A model generated the notes under the pieces. It made no database searches. It had not been told where the DNA came from and saw only the letters and a list, made by a program, of their open reading frames with translations. 64,000 nucleotides of DNA. Source: a virus. Shown here one piece after another: positions 10,024 through 19,061 of this stretch (positions within the stretch are counted from its first letter, which is position 1; every line of letters begins with the position of its first letter). The translations under genes were made by a program, and so were the position numbers. The stretch is from the IMG/VR virus record IMGVR_UViG_3300046170_000470; one strand, written 5' to 3'.

Positions 10024-10271
10024 TGAAGAAAATTTTATATTTTAGTGCAGCATGGTGTGGTCCCTGTAAAATGTTAGGTCCTATTATGGATTCAGTATCT
10101 GAAGAAGTAGTTTGGGAAAAAATTAATGTAGATAATAATCAAGAATTATCTATAAAATATGGTGTTAGAAATATTCCTACATTAGTTCTAATTGATGGGG
10201 ATGGAAATGAATTAAATAGATCAACTGGGGTAATACAAAAACAACAAATAATAGACTTTTATAATGGGTAA
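10023..10271 (+). CDS. trxA: Thioredoxin
   Basis: WCGPC, IPT. Confidence 0.93.
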   Translation: MKKILYFSAAWCGPCKMLGPIMDSVSEEVVWEKINVDNNQELSIKYGVRNIPTLVLIDGDGNELNRSTGVIQKQQIIDFYNG

Positions 10272-10728
10272 ATTTCAATCAAGCAAGGTATTTGACGGGT
10301 TTAGCACAGTGTTCCGTCAATGGAAAGCAGAAACAACACACTGTAGATTTGTTCATGGTTATGGTATTTCTTTTAAAGTATATTTTGAAGGAGGATTAGA
10401 TGAAAGGAATTGGGTATGGGATTTTGGTGGAATGAAAAGAGCTAAAACTCAAATCGATGGTATGTCTCCTAAAGCCTGGATGGATTATATGTTTGATCAC
10501 ACATTAATAGTAGCTGAGGATGATCCTTTTAAAAATGCTTTTATAGAAATGGGAGAAGCAGGTGCTGCTCAAGTAAGAATAATACCAGCTACAGGAGCAG
10601 AAAAATTTGCAGAATATATTTTTAACAAAATAAATGAATTTGTTAAAACTGAAACTGATAATAGAGTAAGAGTAATTAAAGTAAAATTTATGGAGCATGG
10701 GAAAAATGCTGCATATTACAGCGAATAG
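10264..10728 (+). CDS. queD: 6-carboxytetrahydropterin synthase (QueD/PTPS family)
   Basis: HCRFVHGY, WVWDFG, FDHT, GAEKFAE. Confidence 0.88.
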   Translation: MGKFQSSKVFDGFSTVFRQWKAETTHCRFVHGYGISFKVYFEGGLDERNWVWDFGGMKRAKTQIDGMSPKAWMDYMFDHTLIVAEDDPFKNAFIEMGEAGAAQVRIIPATGAEKFAEYIFNKINEFVKTETDNRVRVIKVKFMEHGKNAAYYSE

Positions 10729-10737
10729 GTTATAATA

Positions 10738-11556
10738 GTGAATGAAAAACCACTTAAAAAAATTAACAATATGCATAAGCAATTAAAACGTATTGAGGAT
10801 TACGAAAAAAACCTCCCAATTGTTGAAGTTTACACAGCAGTACAGAGCGAGGGATCCAGAGCGGGTTACCCCACAGTTGTGATCAGAACTACTGGTTGTA
10901 CACATCGATGTTACTTTGGCGAGGGTGGATGGTGCGACAGTTGGTATACTTCAATCCACCCAGAAAAAGGTCAATTTAATTTTAATGATATTATACAAAA
11001 GTATAAAGATAATCCTCATATTAAAGAGATGATGTTAACAGGAGGTTCTCCTACAATGCATCCTGCTTTAGTAAATGAATTAACACACTTTGCACATGAA
11101 AATGATATATTCATTACTATCGAAACTGAAGGATCTCATTTCCTTCCCACTGATTATCCTATTAATCTTTTGTCAATTTCTCCTAAGTTTTCTAATAGCG
11201 TCCCCGTTGTTGGTGTTGCTACTCCTCAAGGAGGAATTACAGACGAAAGGATGGTTAAAAAACATAATTCGAAAAGGTTGAATTATGAAGCAATGAAACA
11301 ATCAATTGAATATCATTCCGATTACCATATTAAACCAGTATGGGATGGTAAAGATGAAGATGCTTTAGCTGAGATTATGGAATGTATTGAAAAATTAGAT
11401 GTACCTCAAGATAAGGTATGGTTTATGCCCGCAGGTGATTCAAGAGAAGGACTATTTAAATCATATCCTGTATTATTTGATTGGGTTAGAGATAATGGTT
11501 ATAGAATGACTTGGAGACCACATATCATTGCTTTTGAAGACCAACGCGAAGTATAG
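10738..11556 (+). CDS. queE: 7-carboxy-7-deazaguanine synthase, radical SAM
   Basis: VQSEG..G.P.V.IRTTGC, Cx3Cx7C-DS, LTGGSP, IETEG, SISPK. Confidence 0.9.
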   Translation: MNEKPLKKINNMHKQLKRIEDYEKNLPIVEVYTAVQSEGSRAGYPTVVIRTTGCTHRCYFGEGGWCDSWYTSIHPEKGQFNFNDIIQKYKDNPHIKEMMLTGGSPTMHPALVNELTHFAHENDIFITIETEGSHFLPTDYPINLLSISPKFSNSVPVVGVATPQGGITDERMVKKHNSKRLNYEAMKQSIEYHSDYHIKPVWDGKDEDALAEIMECIEKLDVPQDKVWFMPAGDSREGLFKSYPVLFDWVRDNGYRMTWRPHIIAFEDQREV

Positions 11557-11696
11557 TGGATAAACAAGAAGCTCTTCGTATATTAGAGGAAATAGAAGAA
11601 AATGTAAATACATGCTGTGCTATTACTATGGAGCCAGATGATGTATTAGTATTAATAGACAAATTAAAAAGTTATATAAATGGAGAACAAACGTAG
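11556..11696 (+). CDS. 46-aa acidic peptide (not in ORF track)
   Basis: GTG overlaps the queE stop; reads into the folE start. Confidence 0.5.
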   Translation: MDKQEALRILEEIEENVNTCCAITMEPDDVLVLIDKLKSYINGEQT

Positions 11697-12375
11697 AAAA
11701 GTTCACGAAGAATTAGAAGTAGTAAAAATAGGTTATGCAAATGGTGTTGCACCAGGATTTCCCTTTACAGATAAAGAAAAATTGAAAATGATTGATGATG
11801 CAGAAGAAGCTTATGGTAAGTTTTTAGATGCATTAAAATGTGATTGGAGAGAAGATCCTAACTCAATGGAAACACCTCGTCGTGTAGCTAAAGCTTACGT
11901 GAATGATTTATGGGCTGGTAGATATACAGCTATGTCTCCTATTACCTCATTCCCATCAGATGGTTATGATGGTATTATTATAGAACGTAATATACCATTA
12001 ACTTCAATGTGTTCTCACCACCACCAAACAATTGGAGGTGTAGTTCATATTGGTTATATAGCAGGAGAAGGTGGTCAAGTAATTGGTTTATCCAAACTAA
12101 ATAGAATAGTAGAATTATTTGGCCGTAGAGGAGCAATTCAAGAACAATTAACATCAGCCATTCATAATGCCGTAGATAAGATTACAGATGGAAATAAAGG
12201 TGTAATTGTTACTATAGTTGGAACACATAATTGTGTAAGTTGTAGAGGTGTTAAACATCAAGGTGCAGCAATGGTTACCACAAAAGCATCAGGTGTATTT
12301 AGAAAAAATAAAAATTTAGCCCGTAAAGAATTTTTTGATAGTTTAAAAATTAATAATGGAGGACACAATATATAG
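11680..12375 (+). CDS. folE: GTP cyclohydrolase I
   Basis: ETPRRVAK, SMCSHH, GLSKLNR, QEQLT, HNCVSCRG. Confidence 0.92.
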   Translation: MENKRRKVHEELEVVKIGYANGVAPGFPFTDKEKLKMIDDAEEAYGKFLDALKCDWREDPNSMETPRRVAKAYVNDLWAGRYTAMSPITSFPSDGYDGIIIERNIPLTSMCSHHHQTIGGVVHIGYIAGEGGQVIGLSKLNRIVELFGRRGAIQEQLTSAIHNAVDKITDGNKGVIVTIVGTHNCVSCRGVKHQGAAMVTTKASGVFRKNKNLARKEFFDSLKINNGGHNI

Positions 12376-12377
12376 CT

Positions 12378-12872
12378 ATGTTAAAATTAGATAATAAAAA
12401 AATAGGAGTTAGTTGGTGGGATATGACAGATCTTATTAAGGATCTAACAAAAAAAATCCCATTTGAAGTACCATTAGCTGATTCAATTTATGGAATACCA
12501 AGAGGGGGTTTAATCCCAGCAGTAATGTTATCACATTCAACGGGTTTACCTTTAGTAGATACAATAGGTAAAAATACTTTAGTAGTAGATGATATGACAG
12601 ATAGTGGAGTTACTATGGATAAAATGCCTGGACAATGGACAGCAGTTTTATTTCATAAACCACATACTTCAGTCTTTACTCCAAACGTATATTCTAAGTT
12701 ACATGAAGGAGATGAATGGTTAGTATTTCCTTGGGAAGATTTTAAAGCCCCAGCCAAACAAGATTACTTAAAGGAAGACCAAGATGAATTTGGACATCTA
12801 GCAGATGCTAATTATATTGGGGGTTTAACAATGCCAAAAACAAACACAAATAAAGTAGGGAAAAATGGGTAA
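12378..12872 (+). CDS. Type I phosphoribosyltransferase (xanthine/guanine PRT-like)
   Basis: YGIPRGGLIPA, VVDDMTDSGVT PRPP loop, WLVFPWE. Confidence 0.88.
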   Translation: MLKLDNKKIGVSWWDMTDLIKDLTKKIPFEVPLADSIYGIPRGGLIPAVMLSHSTGLPLVDTIGKNTLVVDDMTDSGVTMDKMPGQWTAVLFHKPHTSVFTPNVYSKLHEGDEWLVFPWEDFKAPAKQDYLKEDQDEFGHLADANYIGGLTMPKTNTNKVGKNG

Positions 12873-13407
12873 ACAATTAGAATTATTTAGCAAAGCCGAC
12901 GTGCCCTTTGTTAATGAAGTAGAAATATTTAATCGCACGTTTAATAAACCGAATAATTATGAGCCAACGATACCAGAAAAAAAGGAATGGCAATTCGTAT
13001 ACGACTTTGTACTTGAAGAATTGGAAGAATATAGACAGGCTTGCGAAAACGGAGACATCGTGGAAATTTTGGATGCTATTTGTGATCTTGCTTACGTTGC
13101 CACTGGCAACGCCACTATGCTACATGGTCTTAAAGATAAGGTATGGCCGGCCTATCAAGAAGTACAAGCAAGTAATATGTCAAAATCTTGCGCGACTGAA
13201 GAAGAAGCCGTGGCGACTGTCGCCCAAAGAAGTAAAGAACTCTCTGTCGCATGCCATTATGAGAAAGTCGAAGATAGATTCGTAGTATATAGAACAAGTG
13301 ACAAAAAGGTCATGAAATCAATTAATTATTTTAGACCCGACCTAAGACAATTCTTTACAGGAGATGAATTGCAAAAATCAAAACCTCAACAACATTTAGG
13401 CATCTAG
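12865..13407 (+). CDS. MazG/PRA-PH-like all-alpha NTP pyrophosphohydrolase
   Basis: EELEEY, EILDAICDLAYV, EVQASNMSK, KVMKS. Confidence 0.85.
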   Translation: MGKQLELFSKADVPFVNEVEIFNRTFNKPNNYEPTIPEKKEWQFVYDFVLEELEEYRQACENGDIVEILDAICDLAYVATGNATMLHGLKDKVWPAYQEVQASNMSKSCATEEEAVATVAQRSKELSVACHYEKVEDRFVVYRTSDKKVMKSINYFRPDLRQFFTGDELQKSKPQQHLGI

Positions 13408-13452
13408 AGGGAACGGAAATGGGAACGGCACATATGTATAATAAAATATAAT

Positions 13453-13926
13453 ATGAGAACGTGCCCTAAATGTAAAGAAACTAAATCCCTTACAACAGAA
13501 AATTTCTATCGAAATAAGTCTGAAGTAGGGGGGTTTCAATACACTTGTAAAGTTTGCCATAAATCCCATTATAAAAGAAAAAATAGCTATAAAGGGTATA
13601 TTAAAGGAGCCAATTTAGCTTATAAAAATAAACGTTATAAAAATGACCCTGAATATAGGTTAATACATCAACTTAGAGTTAGAGTTAACCAATATCTAAA
13701 AAAGGGTAATCAAGATAAAACAATTGATTTTCTTGGTTGTTCTATCAAAGAATGGGTCGTATATTTAGAGCAACAATGGGATGGTAATATGACATGGGAA
13801 AACCATGGTACCTATTGGGAAATAGATCATATTCATCCATTAAGTAAAGGCGGTAGTTTTCATTATAAGAATACTCAGCCAATGGAAGTTGTAGAGAATA
13901 GGAAAAAAAGTAATAAGGTTATATAA
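13453..13926 (+). CDS. Free-standing HNH endonuclease with N-terminal Zn finger
   Basis: CPKC...CKVC; WEIDHIHPLSKGG..HYKNTQPM...NRKKSN. Confidence 0.85.
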   Translation: MRTCPKCKETKSLTTENFYRNKSEVGGFQYTCKVCHKSHYKRKNSYKGYIKGANLAYKNKRYKNDPEYRLIHQLRVRVNQYLKKGNQDKTIDFLGCSIKEWVVYLEQQWDGNMTWENHGTYWEIDHIHPLSKGGSFHYKNTQPMEVVENRKKSNKVI

Positions 13927-14111
13927 TGAGTAAGAAAGATAAAAAAGTATACGAAATTGATGGTAAAAAATTAACTATCCAAGAGCTATTTTGGAATTAT
14001 GAAAAATATCAAGATAAAGTACGAAGTGGTGATGTAATACATTTAGATAAAAAAACACCTCCTGAAGATAAAGAATGGGAAAAATATTTAAAAGCACATA
14101 AAGGGATATAA
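13926..14111 (+). CDS. Hypothetical protein
   Basis: Coupled ORF. Confidence 0.55.
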   Translation: MSKKDKKVYEIDGKKLTIQELFWNYEKYQDKVRSGDVIHLDKKTPPEDKEWEKYLKAHKGI

Positions 14112-15820
14112 TGTATAAAAAATGCTATTCAACAAGATTAGGACACAATAAATACAAAATTCATTTATGGGACGAAGGTGGCTATAATGAAATTGAATGG
14201 CATAATCCTGCTTATCAAGAATGCAATGAAGAAGAGGCAACCCACACAGGTTTAAGTGGAGAGCCTCTTCGCAAAATTTATAAGTGGGATAAAAATACAC
14301 CTAACTTGCATTTTCATGATATCACCCCTTACCAGAAATTTTTAATTGAAAAGTATGGTATTAATGATGAACCCTCTACAGGCCATAGAGAATTATTTTT
14401 TGATATTGAGTGTGAAATAGGAGGTGCTTTAACTGAAGATTATATTGAAAGAGCTCCTATGCCTATTACTACAATAGCTTATTGGGACAAAACCCCAGAT
14501 AGTTGGGTTATTTTAGTTCGTGATGATAAAAATGAATTAAAAAGAACTAAAGCTAAGAATAAGGAAATAGTGCCTTGTAGAACAGAAGCAGAATTATTAG
14601 CTAAATTTTTGGAACGTTTTAGAGAAATTGACCCTGATATTTTAATTGGTTATAATAGTGATTATTTTGATATACCTTATTTATATTATAGAATGTGTAA
14701 TGTATTAGGTAAAGAGTGGGCTGATCAATTATCCCCCATTGGTAAAGTAAATGCTAAAAAGAATAATGAATATTTCTTTAAACAAAATCAATTTGTAGAT
14801 ATTATCGGGGTTGAATCTCTAGACTATATCCGCTTACATAAAAAATATAGTTGGAAAGATGAACCAAGTTGGAAATTAGATGCTATTGGGGAAAAATATG
14901 TTGGTATGGGTAAAATTGAATATGATGGTAACTTAGACCAATTATTCAAAACTGACTTACAAAAATATATTCAGTATAACTTTGTTGATGTTGAAATCTT
15001 AAAACTATTAGATGAAAAACTCCAGTATATTGCTTTAACAAAAAACTTAGCCCATAAAGGAAAACATAACTATAGTGAGGTTTATGCAAATAGTAAAACC
15101 CAAGATGGTGCAATCTCAGCTTATTTATTATCCCAAAACATTATACCACCAGGTAAAGATCCTAATCCTAGAAGTAAAAAAGGATATGCTGGTGGTTACC
15201 TTTTTTGCCCCAAAGCTGGATTGTACAAATATATGTTTGATGAGGATTTAACATCACTGTATCCATCTATAATTATGTCTTTAAACATAGGACGTGAAAC
15301 CTATAAGGGGCGTATTATAGATGCTGATGATCGTAATAATAGATTGGGTCTTAACGATTTGAAAGAACGTGACCAAGATGAAGAATTATTAGTTGAAAAT
15401 TCTAAAGGACAACAAACTAGAGTTAATGTTGGAAGATTAATTTCTATGGTAGAACAAAATAATCTAACATTATCCGCCAATGGTTCTATGTTTACTACGG
15501 ATAGACAATCAACACTATCTACAGTACTAGACAAATGGTTTTCTGAACGTAAGTTGTATAAAGGTAAAATGAAAGAAGCATATAAAGCAGGTGACAAAGA
15601 AAAAGGTGCTTATTACCATTTAATGCAATATACAATGAAAATTTTGCTTAACAGTTTATATGGAGCTACAGCATTACCCTCATTTAGGTATGGTTTAAGT
15701 TTATCCATTTTAAGTGAAGCAATAACATTATCAGGTCACCGTATTATTCAAGAATCAGCTTTAGTAGCTAATAAACATATGAATAAAGTTTTACGTAACG
15801 AATTAAAATTAGAATTATAA
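14111..15820 (+). CDS. DNA polymerase family B, N-terminal subunit (3'-5' exonuclease plus motifs A and B)
   Basis: FDIE, GYNSDYFDIPY, YNFVD, DLTSLYPSII, KILLNSLYG. Confidence 0.95.
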   Translation: MYKKCYSTRLGHNKYKIHLWDEGGYNEIEWHNPAYQECNEEEATHTGLSGEPLRKIYKWDKNTPNLHFHDITPYQKFLIEKYGINDEPSTGHRELFFDIECEIGGALTEDYIERAPMPITTIAYWDKTPDSWVILVRDDKNELKRTKAKNKEIVPCRTEAELLAKFLERFREIDPDILIGYNSDYFDIPYLYYRMCNVLGKEWADQLSPIGKVNAKKNNEYFFKQNQFVDIIGVESLDYIRLHKKYSWKDEPSWKLDAIGEKYVGMGKIEYDGNLDQLFKTDLQKYIQYNFVDVEILKLLDEKLQYIALTKNLAHKGKHNYSEVYANSKTQDGAISAYLLSQNIIPPGKDPNPRSKKGYAGGYLFCPKAGLYKYMFDEDLTSLYPSIIMSLNIGRETYKGRIIDADDRNNRLGLNDLKERDQDEELLVENSKGQQTRVNVGRLISMVEQNNLTLSANGSMFTTDRQSTLSTVLDKWFSERKLYKGKMKEAYKAGDKEKGAYYHLMQYTMKILLNSLYGATALPSFRYGLSLSILSEAITLSGHRIIQESALVANKHMNKVLRNELKLEL

Positions 15821-16086
15821 TGGCATTAAGCAAACAGTCAATAAGAAAAGGAATGTATATTACTGTAGATGGTAATATTATTACTAAGGATGAACTAATA
15901 TCTATTAGTGAGGGATGGACTGAAGTCCAAGAAAACTTTTTTAGAAAAATGTTAAAACAGGGAGGACATTTTAAATTAAAGGGAGTAAAATATATAGTAG
16001 AACTTCAAGAATCTGATAATAAAAGATCAGATGGAAGTAAAGATAGTGGTATAATTCAAATCCCTGGAGAAGATAGTAGATTTTAA
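15820..16086 (+). CDS. Hypothetical protein between the polymerase halves
   Basis: Coupled ORF. Confidence 0.65.
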   Translation: MALSKQSIRKGMYITVDGNIITKDELISISEGWTEVQENFFRKMLKQGGHFKLKGVKYIVELQESDNKRSDGSKDSGIIQIPGEDSRF

Positions 16087-16089
16087 ATT

Positions 16090-16476
16090 ATGAAAGTAGA
16101 AATATCAAACGGAGAATTACTAGATAAAATTACAATTCTAGAATTAAAATTAGATAAAATTAAGGATAAAGATAAATTGGTTAATATTCAAAAAGAATTT
16201 GATACCCTAAATCCCTTATGTAATGAATTATTTAAAATATATGGTGGAGAATTACAAGTCCATTATTTAGCATTGGCTAAAATTAATGGTCAGCTTTGGG
16301 ACATAGAAGATTGGATTAGAGATTGTGAACGTGAAAAGAATTTTGATAAAGAATTTGTAGAATTAGCCCGTTCTGTGTATATTACAAATGATAAAAGATG
16401 TGAAGTTAAAAAATTAATTAATATTTTAACATCATCAGGGCTAGTAGAAGAAAAATCATATAAAGACTACAATTGA
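16090..16476 (+). CDS. DUF6165-like protein between the polymerase halves
   Basis: SNGELLDKITILELK, LWDIED, FVELARSVYITNDKR, EEKSY. Confidence 0.75.
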   Translation: MKVEISNGELLDKITILELKLDKIKDKDKLVNIQKEFDTLNPLCNELFKIYGGELQVHYLALAKINGQLWDIEDWIRDCEREKNFDKEFVELARSVYITNDKRCEVKKLINILTSSGLVEEKSYKDYN

Positions 16477-17429
16477 AACATTTAGAAGAAACACCTTGGT
16501 TTATTTGCGATAAAGAAGATGAGAATTATTGTGCATATGTAGACACTGATTCCAATTATTTTAACGCAGAACCCATATTAAAACATTTATACCCTGATTT
16601 CGAATCATTTTCAGATGAAGAAAAAGATGAAAAATTAGAAGGTGTAGCTTTAGCATATCAAGATATTATTACTGAACACTATGATAATCTAGCTAAAGAT
16701 TGTTTTAATGTTAAACAATTTGATTGGTTTGATAAACCACATTGGCTTGAAATGAAAACAGAGTGTGTTATTCGTTCTGCTTATTTTAGAGCAACAAGAC
16801 GTTATGCACAATGGATTACTAAACAAGAAGGTATTGCTAAAGAAACTTTAGATATTAAGGGTTTAGAATTTATGAAAGCAAATTTTCCACCTATTTTAGG
16901 GGAATTTTTTAATGATATTCTTCAACAAGTATTAAAAGGTGAAGAAAAAGCTAGTATAATAGATCAAATTAAAGTATTTAAAAAGCAAATATTAGGTGGT
17001 GAAATTCCATTAGCTAAATTAGGTAATCCAACAGCAGTTAAAAAATTAGAAAAATATAGTGGTAAAAGTGCTCGTGCTGGTGAAATGTTTACTGAAATAT
17101 TAAAAGGAGCACCCGCACCAGTTCGTGCTGCTATTCGTTATAATGATTTACTTAGATTGTGGCAATTGGATAAAAAACATAATTTAATTACTATGGCTGA
17201 TAAAGTTAAATGGATTTATTTAAAAGATAATCCCTATAAAATAGATGCCCTAGCTTACCAACAACACGATATCCCAGAAAAAATATCAGATTTTTTAGAG
17301 GCGTATGCTGATAGGAAAAAAGTATTCGATTCAATATTACTGAATAAACTAGAAGGATTCTTTAGTGACCTACAGTGGTCATTAGATTTGAATCCTTATA
17401 CAAATGCACTAAGTTCGTTTGAAATTTAA
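16473..17429 (+). CDS. DNA polymerase family B, C-terminal subunit (motif C, thumb)
   Basis: YVDTDS, RRYA, IKGLE; TTG start overlaps the upstream TGA. Confidence 0.92.
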   Translation: MKHLEETPWFICDKEDENYCAYVDTDSNYFNAEPILKHLYPDFESFSDEEKDEKLEGVALAYQDIITEHYDNLAKDCFNVKQFDWFDKPHWLEMKTECVIRSAYFRATRRYAQWITKQEGIAKETLDIKGLEFMKANFPPILGEFFNDILQQVLKGEEKASIIDQIKVFKKQILGGEIPLAKLGNPTAVKKLEKYSGKSARAGEMFTEILKGAPAPVRAAIRYNDLLRLWQLDKKHNLITMADKVKWIYLKDNPYKIDALAYQQHDIPEKISDFLEAYADRKKVFDSILLNKLEGFFSDLQWSLDLNPYTNALSSFEI

Positions 17430-17448
17430 AATAAAATTCGTATATTAC
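17418..17448 (+). promoter_or_regulatory. Host-type promoter
   Basis: TTTG-N19-TATATTAC with TCG. Confidence 0.6.
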
Positions 17449-17452
17449 AGTT

Positions 17453-18175
17453 ATGATAAATAAGAGCACTCTCACTAGCGTTATTTCCAAATATTACTTA
17501 AATGGTTTAAACAACCAAGTAAAATGGAGAATTAAAGATAATCAACTTACTATTTACGCCGGTGAATCAGGTAGAGTATGTAAAATAGAACATAATAACT
17601 TTCCACTAGAGGATGCTGAATTAGGTGTATTTGATACGCATAAACTAAGTAAATTGATATCTATTACTAATGGTGATTTAATGGTATCATTAGAAAAAAT
17701 GAAAGCGGTTTATACTAAAATTCATTTTGCTGATTCTAATTTTGATTTAACTTATTCGTTAGCTGATATTCTTATTTTAGGTAAAAATACATATTATGAA
17801 GATCCGGAATCATTTGAAATGGAACTTGATTTAGTTAGAGAAGATATTGACCATTTAATTAAAGCTAAAAGTGCATTAGCAGATGTAAATAATATGTTAA
17901 TCACTAGCAATACAGATATGGATGGTAATAACATTTGTGAATTCATATTTGGTGATAATACAGGATTTTCTAATAAAATTACCTATCAAATTAATGGTAA
18001 TATAACTAAAAATGATATTTCGATTCCATTTGATTCTGATGTATTTAAAGATATCCTAAACGCTAATAAAGACATGGATAGTGGCACACTAAAATTATCA
18101 GAACAAGGAATGTTAAAATTAAACTTCTATTCAGAAGAAGTAAATAGTGAATATTTTATAGCTAGGAATGAGTAA
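17453..18175 (+). CDS. Sliding clamp (T4 gp45/PCNA-like)
   Basis: 240 aa, beta-rich, follows polB; C-terminal 'LSEQGMLKLNF...SEYFI'. Confidence 0.7.
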   Translation: MINKSTLTSVISKYYLNGLNNQVKWRIKDNQLTIYAGESGRVCKIEHNNFPLEDAELGVFDTHKLSKLISITNGDLMVSLEKMKAVYTKIHFADSNFDLTYSLADILILGKNTYYEDPESFEMELDLVREDIDHLIKAKSALADVNNMLITSNTDMDGNNICEFIFGDNTGFSNKITYQINGNITKNDISIPFDSDVFKDILNANKDMDSGTLKLSEQGMLKLNFYSEEVNSEYFIARNE

Positions 18176-18548
18176 GAAACCAGATATGTACGCTGAAAAT
18201 AAGGTGATAATGCCATATGGGGATAGTGTTGCTGCTCCAAAAATAGAATTAGAAGATACTAATTCATGGGTAGCTAAACAAACAGTAGACGTAAATAACT
18301 ATTTAGCAACTAAATTTGCTGAATTAAAAGAAGAATATGCTAGGTTAATTTCATTATATAAATGGAATGAACTAGTAAATAAAGCTGATTTTAGTTTTAT
18401 TCCTGTAAAAGGACATATTTACTTTTTATACCAACGAGAAGATGGGAATTTGTTTTTGTCCCTTATTGAACCTGAATATTGGAACCAATTATTTGTAGGT
18501 AAAGTAAAACTAGATTCAGATAATAAATGGATAGAAGAAGAAAATTAA
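18168..18548 (+). CDS. DUF2452-like protein
   Basis: FIPVKGHIYFLYQREDG..FLSLIEP..W. Confidence 0.7.
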   Translation: MSKKPDMYAENKVIMPYGDSVAAPKIELEDTNSWVAKQTVDVNNYLATKFAELKEEYARLISLYKWNELVNKADFSFIPVKGHIYFLYQREDGNLFLSLIEPEYWNQLFVGKVKLDSDNKWIEEEN

Positions 18549-18562
18549 TATATGTATAATAG

Positions 18563-18629
18563 AACATAATATTGTAGAGCTAGGGCATGCTGTTATGTTT
18601 AAATTAAATTAACCGAGAGCTACGGCCTC
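18563..18629 (+). promoter_or_regulatory. Structured 5' leader of hsp20 (two hairpins sharing AGAGCUA(G/C)GGC)
   Basis: AACATAATA..TGTTATGTT stem; GAG-A-GC(TACG)GC-CTC. Confidence 0.6.
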
Positions 18630-18644
18630 ACAAAACTAAATGAT

Positions 18645-19061
18645 ATGAGTACATTATTCAATGAACGTACACCGTTCGACTTACTATTCCGAAACTTTTT
18701 TAAAGCAGACGGATCTTTTCAACCAACCACGTTTGACAACAAACAACCACACCCACTAGATATTTTTTATGACGAAGAAGGGCTTCACTTTGAGATTGCC
18801 TGTACTGGTCTAACTAAAAAAGACATTCAACTAGAAATAGATGGGGATCTTTTAAAAATTATCTATGATAAACCAAAAGAAGAAGAAGATTATTCTGGCT
18901 ATATCTATAAGGGATTAGCTAAACGATCTTTTAACCTAGGTTATAAAGTAGCAGCTAAATTTGAACTTGAAAGTTTATCAGCTGAAATGAAGGATGGCTT
19001 ACTTCATATTTTTATTCCAATTGCCGAATCTAAAAAGCCTAAAACCATTAAAATTAAGTAA
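18645..19061 (+). CDS. Small heat-shock protein (Hsp20/IbpA-like)
   Basis: EIACTG, YIYKGLAKRSF, AEMKDGLLHI. Confidence 0.93.
   Translation: MSTLFNERTPFDLLFRNFFKADGSFQPTTFDNKQPHPLDIFYDEEGLHFEIACTGLTKKDIQLEIDGDLLKIIYDKPKEEEDYSGYIYKGLAKRSFNLGYKVAAKFELESLSAEMKDGLLHIFIPIAESKKPKTIKIK

Noticed and set aside
15820-16473. Intron or intein interrupting polB
   Set aside because: The gap is filled by two ordinary coupled ORFs; no group I/II structure, homing nuclease or intein termini
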